Shown: positions 1 through 9,689, counted from the stretch's first letter. The stretch: DNA of 64,000 nucleotides from an uncultured delta proteobacterium (GCA_963761335.1 CAVXGR010000011.1:96001-160000), one strand, 5' to 3'. The notes: generated from the letters alone by a model not told the origin. Numbers and translations are program-made.

Positions 1-1
1 T

Positions 2-376
2 GGCCGCCCGCTGGTCGGCGGCGTGCTCCGCGCTCTCGTGCAGGGCGCTCTCGTGCGTCTGCGACAGAACCTTACCGGTGCCGGCGTCCACCATCACTTC
101 CTGGACCCCGCTCTTTCCCGGGATCTGTATGTCGAACGAGTAGATCAGGCAGCTCTGCTCGACCTCCAGCTCTCCTTCGGAGATGCCCGGTTCCTTCGAC
201 GACTTGACGGCCTTGAGGGCCGTCTCCTCCGCCTGCTCCTTCGAGATCTTGGCGAGCTGCGGCAGGTTTGCCTCCGGCGTGCCCTTGGCGGGGTGGATGC
301 TGCATTGCAGAGCGTAGCTCGCCGGCGCGCCGGCCAGCAACAGCGCTCCGGCAACTGTGATGATACGGATCTTCAT
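2..376 (-). CDS. PepSY-domain secreted protein (3' end runs off window)
   Basis: Manual translation from ATG at 376 with RBS AAGGAGG: MKIRIITVAGALLLAGAPASYA...LAKISKEQAEETALKAV...ELEVEQSCLIYSFDI...EVMVDAGTGKVL, a typical PepSY motif; missing from the ORF track because it is open at the edge. Confidence 0.85.
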   Translation of the reverse strand, partial: MKIRIITVAGALLLAGAPASYALQCSIHPAKGTPEANLPQLAKISKEQAEETALKAVKSSKEPGISEGELEVEQSCLIYSFDIQIPGKSGVQEVMVDAGTGKVLSQTHESALHESAEHAADQRAA

Positions 377-502
377 TTTGGGCCTCCTTTCGAGGTGTGC
401 CTTTCACGGTCTCACGTTCGCCGCACGATCGAAGACCCGGCCGCTGCAAAGGGTCATCCGGCGGCCGACTGCGCGGGAGGAGTCGGTGAGCGCGATTGAT
501 CG

Positions 503-685
503 CTACCAGCTGCGACTCAGGAGCATTCCTCCGGCGAGCGCAGTGCCTCCGTCCGGCGTCTCGATCGGCTCTGCCATCGGCCCGCCGACGCCAGGTCCGG
601 GAGACGCAAAAACCGTCGAGGCCCCGGCGAAGCCGGCCAGCAACACCAGGGTGGCAACGATCAAGGGAGGTCTTAGCGACGGCAT
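503..685 (-). pseudogene. Truncated secreted-protein gene fragment
   Basis: Signal-peptide-like N-terminus (PLIVATLVLLAGFAGASTVFA), then an early stop; lies among other fragments. Confidence 0.35.
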
Positions 686-824
686 ATCAAGGTCCCAAGG
701 AACTCACATCGACCGCGAATCGAACGCCAACGGTCACCTTCAGCCAATACGCTAGCACGATGGCCCTGAACGCATGATGAAGGAGATCTAAATTTTCGTT
801 CATCTTGGCCGTCGTGCCGCCGGC

Positions 825-900
825 CGGGCGAGTCGAGTCCGTGGAACCAGAGGCTGATCGAATGATCGAAGGCCGTCGCCTCGCCTTCGAGCACCGCGTC
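825..900 (-). pseudogene. Fragment resembling the N-terminus of a PAP2-family phosphatase
   Basis: VLEGEATAFDHSISLWFHGLDSP resembles the PAP2 N-terminal 'EGET.AFD..I.LW.H' segment. Confidence 0.4.
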
Positions 901-904
901 GGCA

Positions 905-1138
905 CTCTAGCTCGTAGCGATATAGCCGGTAGGCAATGAACCCGAGAAAAACGGCCATCGCGACCGGATAGTACCAGAACCTTTCTCGAAGAAGCCCGGC
1001 CAGCCGAAGGAGAAAGTGCTCGGATACCGCCCAGGTGGCGATCCTCGCGATGATCTCGCTGACCGCGAAGCCGGCCTTCACCCAGAGCGTCAGGGTGAAG
1101 GCAGCGTGAAGCGCTCTCTCGGGGATCTTCATCGCCAC
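905..1138 (-). pseudogene. DUF2127-family membrane protein with internal deletion
   Basis: N-terminal LHAAFTLTLWVKAGFAVSEI joined directly to C-terminal AGLLRERFWYYPVAMAVFLGFIAYRLYRY; central ~50 aa and the true C-terminus absent. Confidence 0.6.
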
Positions 1139-1367
1139 TCAGCCTCGACAGCAGCGGCAGACCATCGGCTGGGTCGTTGCGTGAGCCGTGACAGCTGCGC
1201 GTGCATGGCGAGAGCCGGATGGCGTAGCACGCGCCGGATAAAACTCGCAGCTTCTGCTGCGCTAATGGCTGACGTTACCAAGCACTACGTGCGGTGGCGG
1301 TATACCGGCGCCGCGCATCGACATCAGACGGCGCTGGGCGTGCAGTGCAGCCGCCGCGGAGAGTGTC

Positions 1368-2045
1368 TCACGGCTGCTCTTCCCGCAGCACGTAGCCGGC
1401 GCCTCGCACTGTATGAAGCAGTCGCGGCGCACCCTCGCTCTCGATCTTGCGCCGCAGCCGGTTGACGAACACCTCGATCAGGTTGGAGAGCGAATCGTAG
1501 TGATCGCCCCACACGTGCTCGGCGAGCATCGTGCGCGTCACCACCTCGTCGGCATGACGCATGAGAAACTCGAGCACGGCGAACTCGCGCGCCGTCAGCT
1601 CGATGCGCCGCCCACCCCGCTCCGCTTGCCGGCGCAGCAGATCGAGCTGCAGGTCGGCGACGCGCAGCAGCGCCGAACGCGTCTCCCGTCCGCGGCGCAG
1701 GAGAGCGTGGATGCGCGCCACCAGCTCGGCAAAGGCGAAGGGCTTGCTGAGGTAGTCGTCCGCACCGGCGTTGAGGCCGCCGACGCGCTCCTCGACGGAG
1801 GCGCGCGCCGTCAGGATCAGCACCGGCATGTCGAGGCTGCTCTGTCGCATTCGGCGCAGAATACTGATGCCGTCCTCCCCCGGAAGACCGAGATCGAGCA
1901 CCACCAGATCGTAGGTGTCGAGGAGGAGCCGGCGCCAGGCGTCGGCGGCGTCGCCACTGACGTCCACGGCCCACGACGCCTCTTCGAGGCCGCGTCGCAA
2001 ATAGCCGGCGAGTGCCTCCTCGTCCTCAACTACCAGCAGGCGCAT
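1368..2045 (-). CDS. OmpR/CusR-family DNA-binding response regulator
   Basis: MRLLVVEDE...DLVVLDLGLP...GADDYLSKPF...LTAREFAVLEFLMR...LHTVRGAGY; RBS GGGAGG. Confidence 0.95.
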   Translation of the reverse strand: MRLLVVEDEEALAGYLRRGLEEASWAVDVSGDAADAWRRLLLDTYDLVVLDLGLPGEDGISILRRMRQSSLDMPVLILTARASVEERVGGLNAGADDYLSKPFAFAELVARIHALLRRGRETRSALLRVADLQLDLLRRQAERGGRRIELTAREFAVLEFLMRHADEVVTRTMLAEHVWGDHYDSLSNLIEVFVNRLRRKIESEGAPRLLHTVRGAGYVLREEQP

Positions 2046-2074
2046 GCACCGCCTCCCGGGCCGCACTCACGGAC

Positions 2075-2342
2075 TTCGCCACGATTCCGACCACCATCAT
2101 ACCGACGATCGAGGACACATTAAGCGCGGTGTGCGTCAGCCACAAGCTCGCCATGCTGCCGCACAGCGCCAGACACCGGTGACCGAGCCGAGATCGCGGC
2201 CGCTGAGACGGGCGGTCACCCGCACCAGCTGGCGGAAGCACACGCAGTCCTCCACGGTGACGGTTTCGGCGCCGGCCGGCGGCGCAAGCGCCAAGCTCGA
2301 GACGAGCGCCACGGTGCCGGCGGCGATTCGGAGAAGGCGCAT
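2075..2342 (-). pseudogene. Collapsed remnant of TolC-like and CusA/CzcA (RND) efflux genes
   Basis: Signal peptide plus AETVTVEDCV (TolC-like start), RQLVRVTARLSGRDLGS and LALCGSMASLWLTHTALNVSSIVGMMVVGIVAK (two separate RND permease segments), in different frames. Confidence 0.6.
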
Positions 2343-2369
2343 CGGTTCCCATCCGTACCACGAGTCGCC

Positions 2370-2406
2370 TGAACCCAGGGTGAAGCCAGAATGAATTTGC
2401 GTTCAT
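2370..2406 (-). promoter_or_regulatory. Putative OmpR-family operator (3 x TTCA at 11-bp spacing)
   Basis: Minus strand TTCAttctggc-TTCAccctggg-TTCAgg (tgaa at 2370, 2381, 2392), plus ATGAA-N6-TTCAT palindrome, upstream of the decayed efflux/RR operon. Confidence 0.55.
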
Positions 2407-2463
2407 GTGGGGCCTCCTGGGGAGCGCGGCTGTCCCCTCCACCTCTTCTTTTGGTGATTGCCG

Positions 2464-3117
2464 CTAGTGATTGCCGCCCGGCTGGTCGCGGTCCCATCCC
2501 GCCAGCCATACCTCGCGCCAGTACTCCGGCGGCTCGGCGACGACGCGCAGCGGCGCGCCGCTGCGCGGATGCGGGAGATCGATGCGGCGCGCGTGCAGCG
2601 CCAGGGGCAGCTCCCCGGGGACATCGTGGAGCCGATCGCCGAGAACCGGGTGCGATCGCGAGGCGCACTGGCGGCGGATCTGATGCGTGCGGCCGGTCTT
2701 CGGCAGCACCTCGAGCCATGACTTCTCGGCAGTGGAGGCGAGCACGCGAAAGGTGGACACGGCGCGCAGCGCCGGGCCGCTGCGGCCGGGGCGCGGCGGC
2801 AGCTCCGACTCGATGCGGTTCCACGACCGCGGCCACTCGCCGCGCACCACCGCCCAGTACGTCTTGCGCAGGCGCTTGTGCTCGAAGAGCGCCGCCATCG
2901 GCGCGTTGATGGCGCGGCTCTTGCCGAGCAGCACCACGCCGGTGGTGTCGGCGTCGAGCCGGTGAAAGAGCACCAGCTTGCGCCCGAGCCGCCTCTCGAG
3001 GATCGCCTGCAGATTGGCGCGGCCGGCGTCCCGGGTTGCGTGCACCGGCAAACGCGGCGGCTTATTGACCGCCAGCAGCACGTCGTCCTCGTAAAGGATC
3101 TCGATGTCCGGCTCCAT
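2464..3117 (-). CDS. RluA-family pseudouridine synthase
   Basis: ILYEDD..LAVNKP, HRLDADTTG catalytic motif, TGRTHQIR, LHA. Confidence 0.93.
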   Translation of the reverse strand: MEPDIEILYEDDVLLAVNKPPRLPVHATRDAGRANLQAILERRLGRKLVLFHRLDADTTGVVLLGKSRAINAPMAALFEHKRLRKTYWAVVRGEWPRSWNRIESELPPRPGRSGPALRAVSTFRVLASTAEKSWLEVLPKTGRTHQIRRQCASRSHPVLGDRLHDVPGELPLALHARRIDLPHPRSGAPLRVVAEPPEYWREVWLAGWDRDQPGGNH

Positions 3118-3128
3118 GGCGCGCGTCG

Positions 3129-3542
3129 TCAGGAGTGTGCGGGCAGCAGGCGTACGGCGATCGATCGCGAGGTGTCCTGGAGGAAGCCCACCCAGACGTC
3201 CGCCAGCCCGTACTTTTGGCGGAGAAGGCTGCGGATGCGCTCGTGCCCCTGCGGGTTCGGCACCACCTCGGCGCGGAACGCCTGGAAATGGCCATTCCGT
3301 CTGAGCGCCACCCGCGGGCTGACGAGGACATCGCGATACCACGGGCGCTCCGGAGTGGCGGCCTCGAGCCACAGCTCATCTCCTTGAGGCGCCACCCAGA
3401 CACGCGTGAGGCGGGCCGTCCCTTCGGCCGCCGTGGTGCGGATGACCACCACCTCCTGCCCCTCCAGAGCGAGCAGAGTGATGCCGCCGAGGAGAAGCAA
3501 CACCACGCCGACGGTGGCGACGAGTCGCTTCAGGACGCTCAC
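3129..3542 (-). CDS. Membrane-anchored split-barrel (nitroreductase/quinone reductase-like) protein
   Basis: N-terminal TM helix; EVVVIRT...TRVWV...W.R.V...P.V...LRQKYG.AD pattern. Confidence 0.55.
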   Translation of the reverse strand: MSVLKRLVATVGVVLLLLGGITLLALEGQEVVVIRTTAAEGTARLTRVWVAPQGDELWLEAATPERPWYRDVLVSPRVALRRNGHFQAFRAEVVPNPQGHERIRSLLRQKYGLADVWVGFLQDTSRSIAVRLLPAHS

Positions 3543-3719
3543 GCCACATTGCTTCCCGGGATCGACGGCTAAATCAACCCTCGCGGGGGCGCGGCGACCC
3601 TATCTTTTGAGGGATGCGGCCAGCATGGCCGCGCTCCCGTGGAGAGATGCGGCCCGGCGGGCCGCCGTCCGGTTTGGATCGCACCGGAACGGCGTGTAAA
3701 GTCGGTCCATGGTGCGCCG

Positions 3720-4124
3720 GTGAGGGGGGGCGATCCCCGCGACTGGATGTGGTCCCAGGCGCTCGACATGCTGCGACAGGCGGAGCGATTGCAACGCCAG
3801 TTCTTTCAGCTCGGCCGCACTCGATCGCGCCACAGCTGGAGTCCCCCGGTCGACGTGTTCGAGGCCGGCGACGAGTTCCTGATCGTGGTCGCCCTCCCCG
3901 GAGTGCGGCCGGAGAGCCTCGAGGTGATGGTGGACGGCGGCCTGCTCATCGTCTCGGGATCCCGCTCCCTCTGCCTGCCGGACCGCTCCGCAATCGTGCG
4001 CCGATTGGAGATCCCGCACGGGCGCTTCGAGCGCTACATCGAGCTGCCGCGCGGGGTGTTCGAGATCCGCGGTCGCGAGCTGGCGAACGGCTGCCTGACT
4101 CTCTCTCTGCGGAGGCTTTCCTGA
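3720..4124 (+). CDS. Hsp20/alpha-crystallin small heat-shock protein
   Basis: WSPPVDVFE...VALPGV...RLEIPHGRFERYIELP...NGCLTL; TGATG overlap with lon; GTG start inferred. Confidence 0.9.
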   Translation: MRGGDPRDWMWSQALDMLRQAERLQRQFFQLGRTRSRHSWSPPVDVFEAGDEFLIVVALPGVRPESLEVMVDGGLLIVSGSRSLCLPDRSAIVRRLEIPHGRFERYIELPRGVFEIRGRELANGCLTLSLRRLS

Positions 4125-6550
4125 TGGAGTCGCGAACCAACATGACGGATTCGAAAGAGACCAGCGGCGAGACCACCGCGCCGGCGAGCGGCCAGCCGAT
4201 GCCGCTGCCGGAAGACGCCCTCATTCTCGTCCCGGTGCGCAGCATGGTTCTCTTTCCGGGCACGGTGTTGCCGATCACCATCGGCCGCGCCCGCTCGGTA
4301 GCGGCGGTGCAGGAGGCGGCGCGCAGCGAGCGCCCTCTGGGAATCGTGCTGCAGCGGCAGCCGGAGGTGGAGGATCCCCGGCCGGAGCAGCTCTACGGCG
4401 TCGGCACGGTCGCCAACATCCTCCGCTATCTCACCTCCGCCGAGGGCGCGCATCACGTGATCTGCCAGGGACAGCGCCGCTTTCGTATCCTGGAGATGCT
4501 CGACGGCTATCCGTTCTATGCGGCGCGCGTCGACATGACCCCGGAAACGGTGGTGATGACCAAGGAGATCGAGGCGCGCTGGCACCGCCTCAAGGAGCGC
4601 GCCATGGAAGCGCTCCGCCTGCTGCCGCAGGCTCCGGACGAGCTCTCCGAGACCGTCCAATCGATCGACTCTCCGTCGGCGCTCGCCGACCTCATCGCCA
4701 GCTTCGTCGACATCTCGGCGGCGGAGAAGCAGGACGTCCTCGAGACCTTCGACGTGCAGGAGCGGCTCGACAAGGTGCTCAGCACTCTGGCGCAGCGCAT
4801 CGAGATCCTGCGCCTCTCGCACGAGATCGGCGAGCAGACGAAGGAGTCGCTGGAGCGTCGCCAGCGCGAGTACCTGCTGCGCGAGCAGATGAGGACGATC
4901 CAGAAGGAGCTCGGCGAGGGCGAGGGCCGCAGCAGCGAGATCGAAGAGCTCTCCAAGAAGATCGCCGAAGCGAAGATGCCGCCGGAAGTCGAGCAGGAGG
5001 CGCGCAAGGACCTGTCGCGACTCGAGCGCATGCCGGAGGGAGCGGCGGAGTACTCGATGGCGCGCACCTATCTCGACTGGCTCGTCGAGATTCCCTGGTC
5101 GGTGCGCAGCGAGGACATCCTCGACCTGGCGCGGGCGCGCCAGATCCTCAACGAAGACCACTTCGGGCTGGAGAAGGTGAAGCGGCGCATCGTCGAGTAC
5201 CTGGCGGTGCGCAAGCTCAACCCGCAGGGGCGCAGCCCAATCCTCTGCCTGGTGGGGCCGCCGGGGGTGGGAAAGACCTCGCTCGGGCAGAGCGTCGCGC
5301 GCGCCATGGGGCGCAAGTTCGTGCGCGTCAGTCTCGGGGGCACCCACGACGAGGCCGAGATTCGCGGCCACCGCCGTACCTATATCGGCGCCCTGCCCGG
5401 CAACATCATCCAGGCCATCCGCAAGGCCGGCACCCGCAACCCGGTGTTCATGCTCGACGAGCTCGACAAGCTCGGCGCCGGCGGCTTTCACGGGGATCCC
5501 GCGTCGGCCCTGCTGGAGGTGCTCGATCCCGAGCAGAACTCGACGTTCCGCGACAACTACCTCGGCGTTCCCTACGACCTCAGCGAGGTGATGTTCATCG
5601 GCACCGCCAACATCCTCGACCCCATTCCCGGCCCGTTGCGCGACCGCATGGAGGTGATCGAGCTGCCCGGCTACACCGAGGAGGAGAAGGTTCAGATTGC
5701 ACGCCGCTATCTGGTCCCGCGCCAGCTGCGGGAAAACGGGCTGACGGCCGAGCAGTGCGAGATCAGCGAAGGCGCCCTGCACGCGCTGGTGCGCGACTAC
5801 ACCCGCGAGGCGGGATGCCGCAACCTGGAGCGCGAGATCGGCTCCGTGTTTCGCCACGTGGCGGCGCGGATCGCCGAGGCCACCGCCAAGCGGGTGTCGG
5901 TCGACGCCGCCGACCTCCACGACATCCTCGGACCGCGCCGCTTCGAGAACGAGCTGGCGATGCGCACCAGCGTCGCCGGCGTCGCCACCGGGCTGGCCTG
6001 GACGCCCACCGGCGGCGACATTCTCTTCATCGAGGCGACGCGCATGCCGGGAAACGGCCGCCTGATCCTCACCGGCCAGCTGGGCGAGGTGATGAAGGAG
6101 AGCGCTCAGGCGGCGTTGAGCCTGGTGCGCGCCAACGCCGCGCGCCTCGGCCTGGCCGCCGACCTCTTCGAGAAGAGCGACATCCACATCCACGTCCCCG
6201 CTGGGGCCATCCCCAAGGACGGCCCCAGCGCCGGCGTCGCCATCTACACGGCCCTGGTGTCGCTGGTCACCGACAGAACGGTGCACAGCGACGTCGCCAT
6301 GACCGGCGAGATCAGTCTGCGCGGTCTGGTTCTGCCCGTGGGCGGCATCAAGGAAAAGGTGGTGGCGGCGGCCCGCGCCGGCATCCGCACGGTGCTGCTG
6401 CCGGCGCGCAACCGCAACGACTTCGAAGAGATTCCCGAGCTGGCGCGCCAGCAGCTCCAGTTCGTCTGGCTGGAGCGCGTCGAGGACGCGGTGCGCGGCG
6501 CCATCGAGGACCCTCCCGAGACGCGGGTCAGCGAGCGTGCCCGCGCCTGA
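4124..6550 (+). CDS. lon: ATP-dependent protease La (Lon)
   Basis: LON N-domain, Walker A GPPGVGKTS, GHRRTYIGALPG, catalytic PKDGPSAG and IKEK. Confidence 0.97.
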   Translation: MESRTNMTDSKETSGETTAPASGQPMPLPEDALILVPVRSMVLFPGTVLPITIGRARSVAAVQEAARSERPLGIVLQRQPEVEDPRPEQLYGVGTVANILRYLTSAEGAHHVICQGQRRFRILEMLDGYPFYAARVDMTPETVVMTKEIEARWHRLKERAMEALRLLPQAPDELSETVQSIDSPSALADLIASFVDISAAEKQDVLETFDVQERLDKVLSTLAQRIEILRLSHEIGEQTKESLERRQREYLLREQMRTIQKELGEGEGRSSEIEELSKKIAEAKMPPEVEQEARKDLSRLERMPEGAAEYSMARTYLDWLVEIPWSVRSEDILDLARARQILNEDHFGLEKVKRRIVEYLAVRKLNPQGRSPILCLVGPPGVGKTSLGQSVARAMGRKFVRVSLGGTHDEAEIRGHRRTYIGALPGNIIQAIRKAGTRNPVFMLDELDKLGAGGFHGDPASALLEVLDPEQNSTFRDNYLGVPYDLSEVMFIGTANILDPIPGPLRDRMEVIELPGYTEEEKVQIARRYLVPRQLRENGLTAEQCEISEGALHALVRDYTREAGCRNLEREIGSVFRHVAARIAEATAKRVSVDAADLHDILGPRRFENELAMRTSVAGVATGLAWTPTGGDILFIEATRMPGNGRLILTGQLGEVMKESAQAALSLVRANAARLGLAADLFEKSDIHIHVPAGAIPKDGPSAGVAIYTALVSLVTDRTVHSDVAMTGEISLRGLVLPVGGIKEKVVAAARAGIRTVLLPARNRNDFEEIPELARQQLQFVWLERVEDAVRGAIEDPPETRVSERARA

Positions 6551-7826
6551 ATCGCGGCGCGCATCGCCAGGCGCCGAGGCGCACGGAAGCCGCGCCGCGG
6601 GAGTGTTCTACGGCTGGCGCATCGTCGCCGGCGTCTTCGCCATCTATTTCGTCAGCGGCGGCCTCTTCAATACCGCCACCATCTACTTCAAGGCCCTGAT
6701 CGACGACTTCGGCTGGCAACGCGGTGAGCTGGCAGGGGTCTTCTCGCTCGGATATCTGGTCGTCGGCGTATCCTCGCCGGTCTGGGGCCGCATCGCCGAT
6801 CGGCGCGGCCCGCGCTCGGCGTTCATCCCCGGGGTGCTGCTCACTGGCGTTCTCTGCGCGGCGCTCAGCCGCGTTTGGAATCTCACCTCGCTGTACCTCT
6901 TCTACGTCCTCTTCACCTTCAGCTTCGCCGCCATCTCGCTGATTCCGATCAGCGTCATCCTCTCGAACTGGTTCGTGCGCAAGCGCGGCCGCGCCATCGG
7001 CATCGCCTACACCGGCGTCGGCTTCGGCACCTTTTTTCTGACGCCGCTGGTCGGGCTGCTGGTCACCGATCTCGGGTGGCGAAATGCCTATGTCGTCTCC
7101 GGGCTCGCGGTGCTGTTGCTGCTCACGCCCGTGGCGCTGTGGATCAGCAACCGGCCGCAGGACCTCGGGCTGTCGCCCGACGGCATCGGCGTCGAGGACG
7201 ACGCCGCAGCGGGCCGGAGCCACCTCGCCACCGGCATGGCGCTGATCGAGGCCCTGCGGACTCCGGCGTTCTGGCTGGTGGCCGCCACCTGGCTGCTCAC
7301 CATGATGCCGCTGACGGCGGTGAACCTGCACCAGGTGCCCTTCCTCACCGACCTCGGGCTGTCGACCCAGGCGGCCTCGCTGGCCGCCGGCTTCGTCGGC
7401 GGCCTCAGCATCATCGGACGCATCGGCGTCGGCGTGCTCTCGGAGAGATACTCGATCCAGAAGATTTTCGCCGCCTGCTACCTGCTCCTGGCCCTGGGCA
7501 TCGCCGCCCTGTGGGCGACGGCGCGCCTCGGGCCGATCTCCCTGGCACCCTTCGTCACCTTCTTCGGCATCGCCGTCGGTGGCTGCTTTGCGCTCACCGC
7601 TCTCCTCGTCGGCGATCTCTTCGGCGGCCGCGCTCTCGGCGAGATCTTCGGCATGCTCGGCCTCGCCGGAACCATCGGCGGCGCCGCCGGCGCCACCGGC
7701 GCCGGGCTCATGTTCGATGCGCTCGGCAACTACAACGCCGTCTTCGCCGTGTGCATCGGGCTGTCGCTCCTCGGAGCGGGCATGATCCTTCTCGTCCGCC
7801 GTCCGCTTCCGGCGCTGGCGGGCTAG
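6537..7826 (+). CDS. MFS transporter (OFA/MCT-like)
   Basis: ~12 TM helices, GRIADRRGPR motif A, WFVRKRGRAIG. Confidence 0.9.
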   Translation: MPAPESRRASPGAEAHGSRAAGVFYGWRIVAGVFAIYFVSGGLFNTATIYFKALIDDFGWQRGELAGVFSLGYLVVGVSSPVWGRIADRRGPRSAFIPGVLLTGVLCAALSRVWNLTSLYLFYVLFTFSFAAISLIPISVILSNWFVRKRGRAIGIAYTGVGFGTFFLTPLVGLLVTDLGWRNAYVVSGLAVLLLLTPVALWISNRPQDLGLSPDGIGVEDDAAAGRSHLATGMALIEALRTPAFWLVAATWLLTMMPLTAVNLHQVPFLTDLGLSTQAASLAAGFVGGLSIIGRIGVGVLSERYSIQKIFAACYLLLALGIAALWATARLGPISLAPFVTFFGIAVGGCFALTALLVGDLFGGRALGEIFGMLGLAGTIGGAAGATGAGLMFDALGNYNAVFAVCIGLSLLGAGMILLVRRPLPALAG

Positions 7827-7879
7827 CCCGCGGCGCAGCGGAGATGTGCCCGGCGGCAGGGGCCCGCCTTGCAATCCGA

Positions 7880-9472
7880 TCAGCTGCCGCCCTGCGGGCG
7901 GTTCGAGTGCAGATGCAGGATCTTGCCGGCGGCGGTGGAGCGCACCGGTGCCCGCTCGACGCAGAGCACCCCGGCGTCGCGCCAGACGAGCTGCATGACC
8001 CGCTCGACCCCGGAGCCGCCGCCGATGGCGGAGAGAAACACTTCCGCGACCTCGCGCGTATCGAGCGGCCCGACACTGGGGCTCACCACCAGGCGCAGCT
8101 GCGCCTGCCCATCGTCATCCGCCGATTCCACCAGCTGATAATCCAGCGCCGAGCCGCCGAAGCGCGCCGGCAGGACCTCCTCGAGAACGTGCACCACGTT
8201 GCTGTCCTGGAAGGTCATGCCGGCCGCGGTGAGCTTCTCGAAGCTGGAGATCGAGTGCAGACGCGCCGTCCAGCCGAGCGCCTCCAAGGCGCAGCCGCAG
8301 GGCCGCCGCTCGACAGTGCCGACGTCTCCCATGGAGACGTTGAGCAGAATCAAGCGGGCCGTGCGCCGCAGCGAGGAGAGCAACAGGGCACCGCGCGGCA
8401 GACCGGCAGATGGATCATCCTCCTCGAGGCGGACGAGGGCGTGCAGGTCTTCGAGCACGTGCACCTCGTCCGGCCATTGCGGCGCCGCGCAGCCGTTGCC
8501 GATGGCGCCGCACTCGATGGTGCCATAGAGCGGAATTCCCTCCGCTCCGGCGCGCCGGAGCGGCGCCAGGCGGCCCGCGGTGATCGGTTCGCCGCGCAGG
8601 CTGAAGCGGGCGCCGCGCAGATCGAGGCCGGACTGAAGGGCGACCTCGCAGACACGGGCCGCGGCGCTCGGATGCGCTGCAAGGTGGGGCGTCTGCCCGC
8701 GTCGCAGCACCTCCGACATCCACTCGGCGATCGGCCGCGGATCGGTCAGAGGCACGAGGAAGGGGCGGGGGAACGGCATGCCGGCGAGCCAGCTGCCCCA
8801 GCGCATCAGGCGCAGACTCCAGCGATAGCGCGCGTGAAGCCCGGGAGCGCTTGGGTCGAGGTAGAGAAACCAGCGGTCCGGAGGCGACCCGAAGCCGATC
8901 GCGATCAGCAGCGCGGCGGAGACCAGGCTGCCCCCGGGCGCCGCCCACAGCCCCTTGACCCAAGAGGCGCCACCGTGAGCCTCGAAAGCGAGATAGGAGT
9001 CGACGGCGAGCTCGCGCAGCGCCGCGAGATCGACCAGGATCGGCAGGGCGGGGCCGCGACTGCCACCGGTGCGCACCGGCAGATGATAGGCGGACCAGGG
9101 ATTCCGCAGTCTCTCCGGGTCGACGGCAATGGACGCACTGCCGCGCCTCGCCGGCCGGCGTCCCTTGAGCTCGTCCACGGTCAGGTACACGCCGGCGCGA
9201 TAGAGGGACGCGAGGGCGACCTCGAGGCCGTCGCGCCGCACCATCTTCTCCAGATCCCCGTACTCGCAGCCGGCGTTGCCCAACAACATCCGATAGGGGC
9301 TTCCCGCATCGGCATAGATGGCCTCGCGCGCCACGGCGAGGAAGCCGTCCTCGCGGTGCTGGAGTCGCTCGCGCAGGATCGCGTGGGCCTTGCCCGGGTC
9401 GAGCGGGACGCGCAGGTAGCTGCGCAGCTGGGTGAAGAATCGCCAGGCGATGGCAATGTCAGCGGGAACCAC
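7880..9472 (-). CDS. Adenylate-forming enzyme, phenylacetate-CoA ligase/CapK-like, unknown substrate
   Basis: TGGSRG P-loop variant, GEPIT, YGTIECG, NVSMGD...CGC, C-terminal TAAGK. Confidence 0.65.
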   Translation of the reverse strand: MVPADIAIAWRFFTQLRSYLRVPLDPGKAHAILRERLQHREDGFLAVAREAIYADAGSPYRMLLGNAGCEYGDLEKMVRRDGLEVALASLYRAGVYLTVDELKGRRPARRGSASIAVDPERLRNPWSAYHLPVRTGGSRGPALPILVDLAALRELAVDSYLAFEAHGGASWVKGLWAAPGGSLVSAALLIAIGFGSPPDRWFLYLDPSAPGLHARYRWSLRLMRWGSWLAGMPFPRPFLVPLTDPRPIAEWMSEVLRRGQTPHLAAHPSAAARVCEVALQSGLDLRGARFSLRGEPITAGRLAPLRRAGAEGIPLYGTIECGAIGNGCAAPQWPDEVHVLEDLHALVRLEEDDPSAGLPRGALLLSSLRRTARLILLNVSMGDVGTVERRPCGCALEALGWTARLHSISSFEKLTAAGMTFQDSNVVHVLEEVLPARFGGSALDYQLVESADDDGQAQLRLVVSPSVGPLDTREVAEVFLSAIGGGSGVERVMQLVWRDAGVLCVERAPVRSTAAGKILHLHSNRPQGGS

Positions 9473-9554
9473 GCGAGGTCATTATCGCCGACGCTGTGCC
9501 TACACAATCACAGCAGCAGCACAACCTTTGGCTCGTGGCCCATCTGTTCGCGGT

Positions 9555-9633
9555 GCATGGGGACAGGCAACTTTTGCGCGCAATGCCCGCTTGCAGCCCG
9601 CCACGCTTCGGCAGCGCAAAAGTAGCCTGCTTC
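9555..9633. repeat. GGGGACAGGC-type palindromic element (inverse copy at 60553-60633)
   Basis: catggggacaggcaacttttgcgc...gcgcaaaagtagcctg. Confidence 0.75.
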
Positions 9634-9689
9634 GAAAATCTGTTGGGTGATGGTCTGTCGGAGCCCCGGCGCTGGGGTGATGGCGTATC

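Noticed and set aside
1359..1374. 15/16-nt match to 31728-31743 (gagaRtgtctcacggc)
   Set aside because: A match of this length is expected by chance among all position pairs in 64 kb
3614..4123. 170-aa N-terminal extension of Lon in the ORF track
   Set aside because: Overlaps hsp20 in another frame; real start is at or after the TGATG junction at 4124
6875..9625. 916-aa plus-strand ORF
   Set aside because: Shadow ORF overlapping the MFS gene and antisense to the adenylating enzyme; Arg/Ala-rich with no motifs, typical of high-GC DNA
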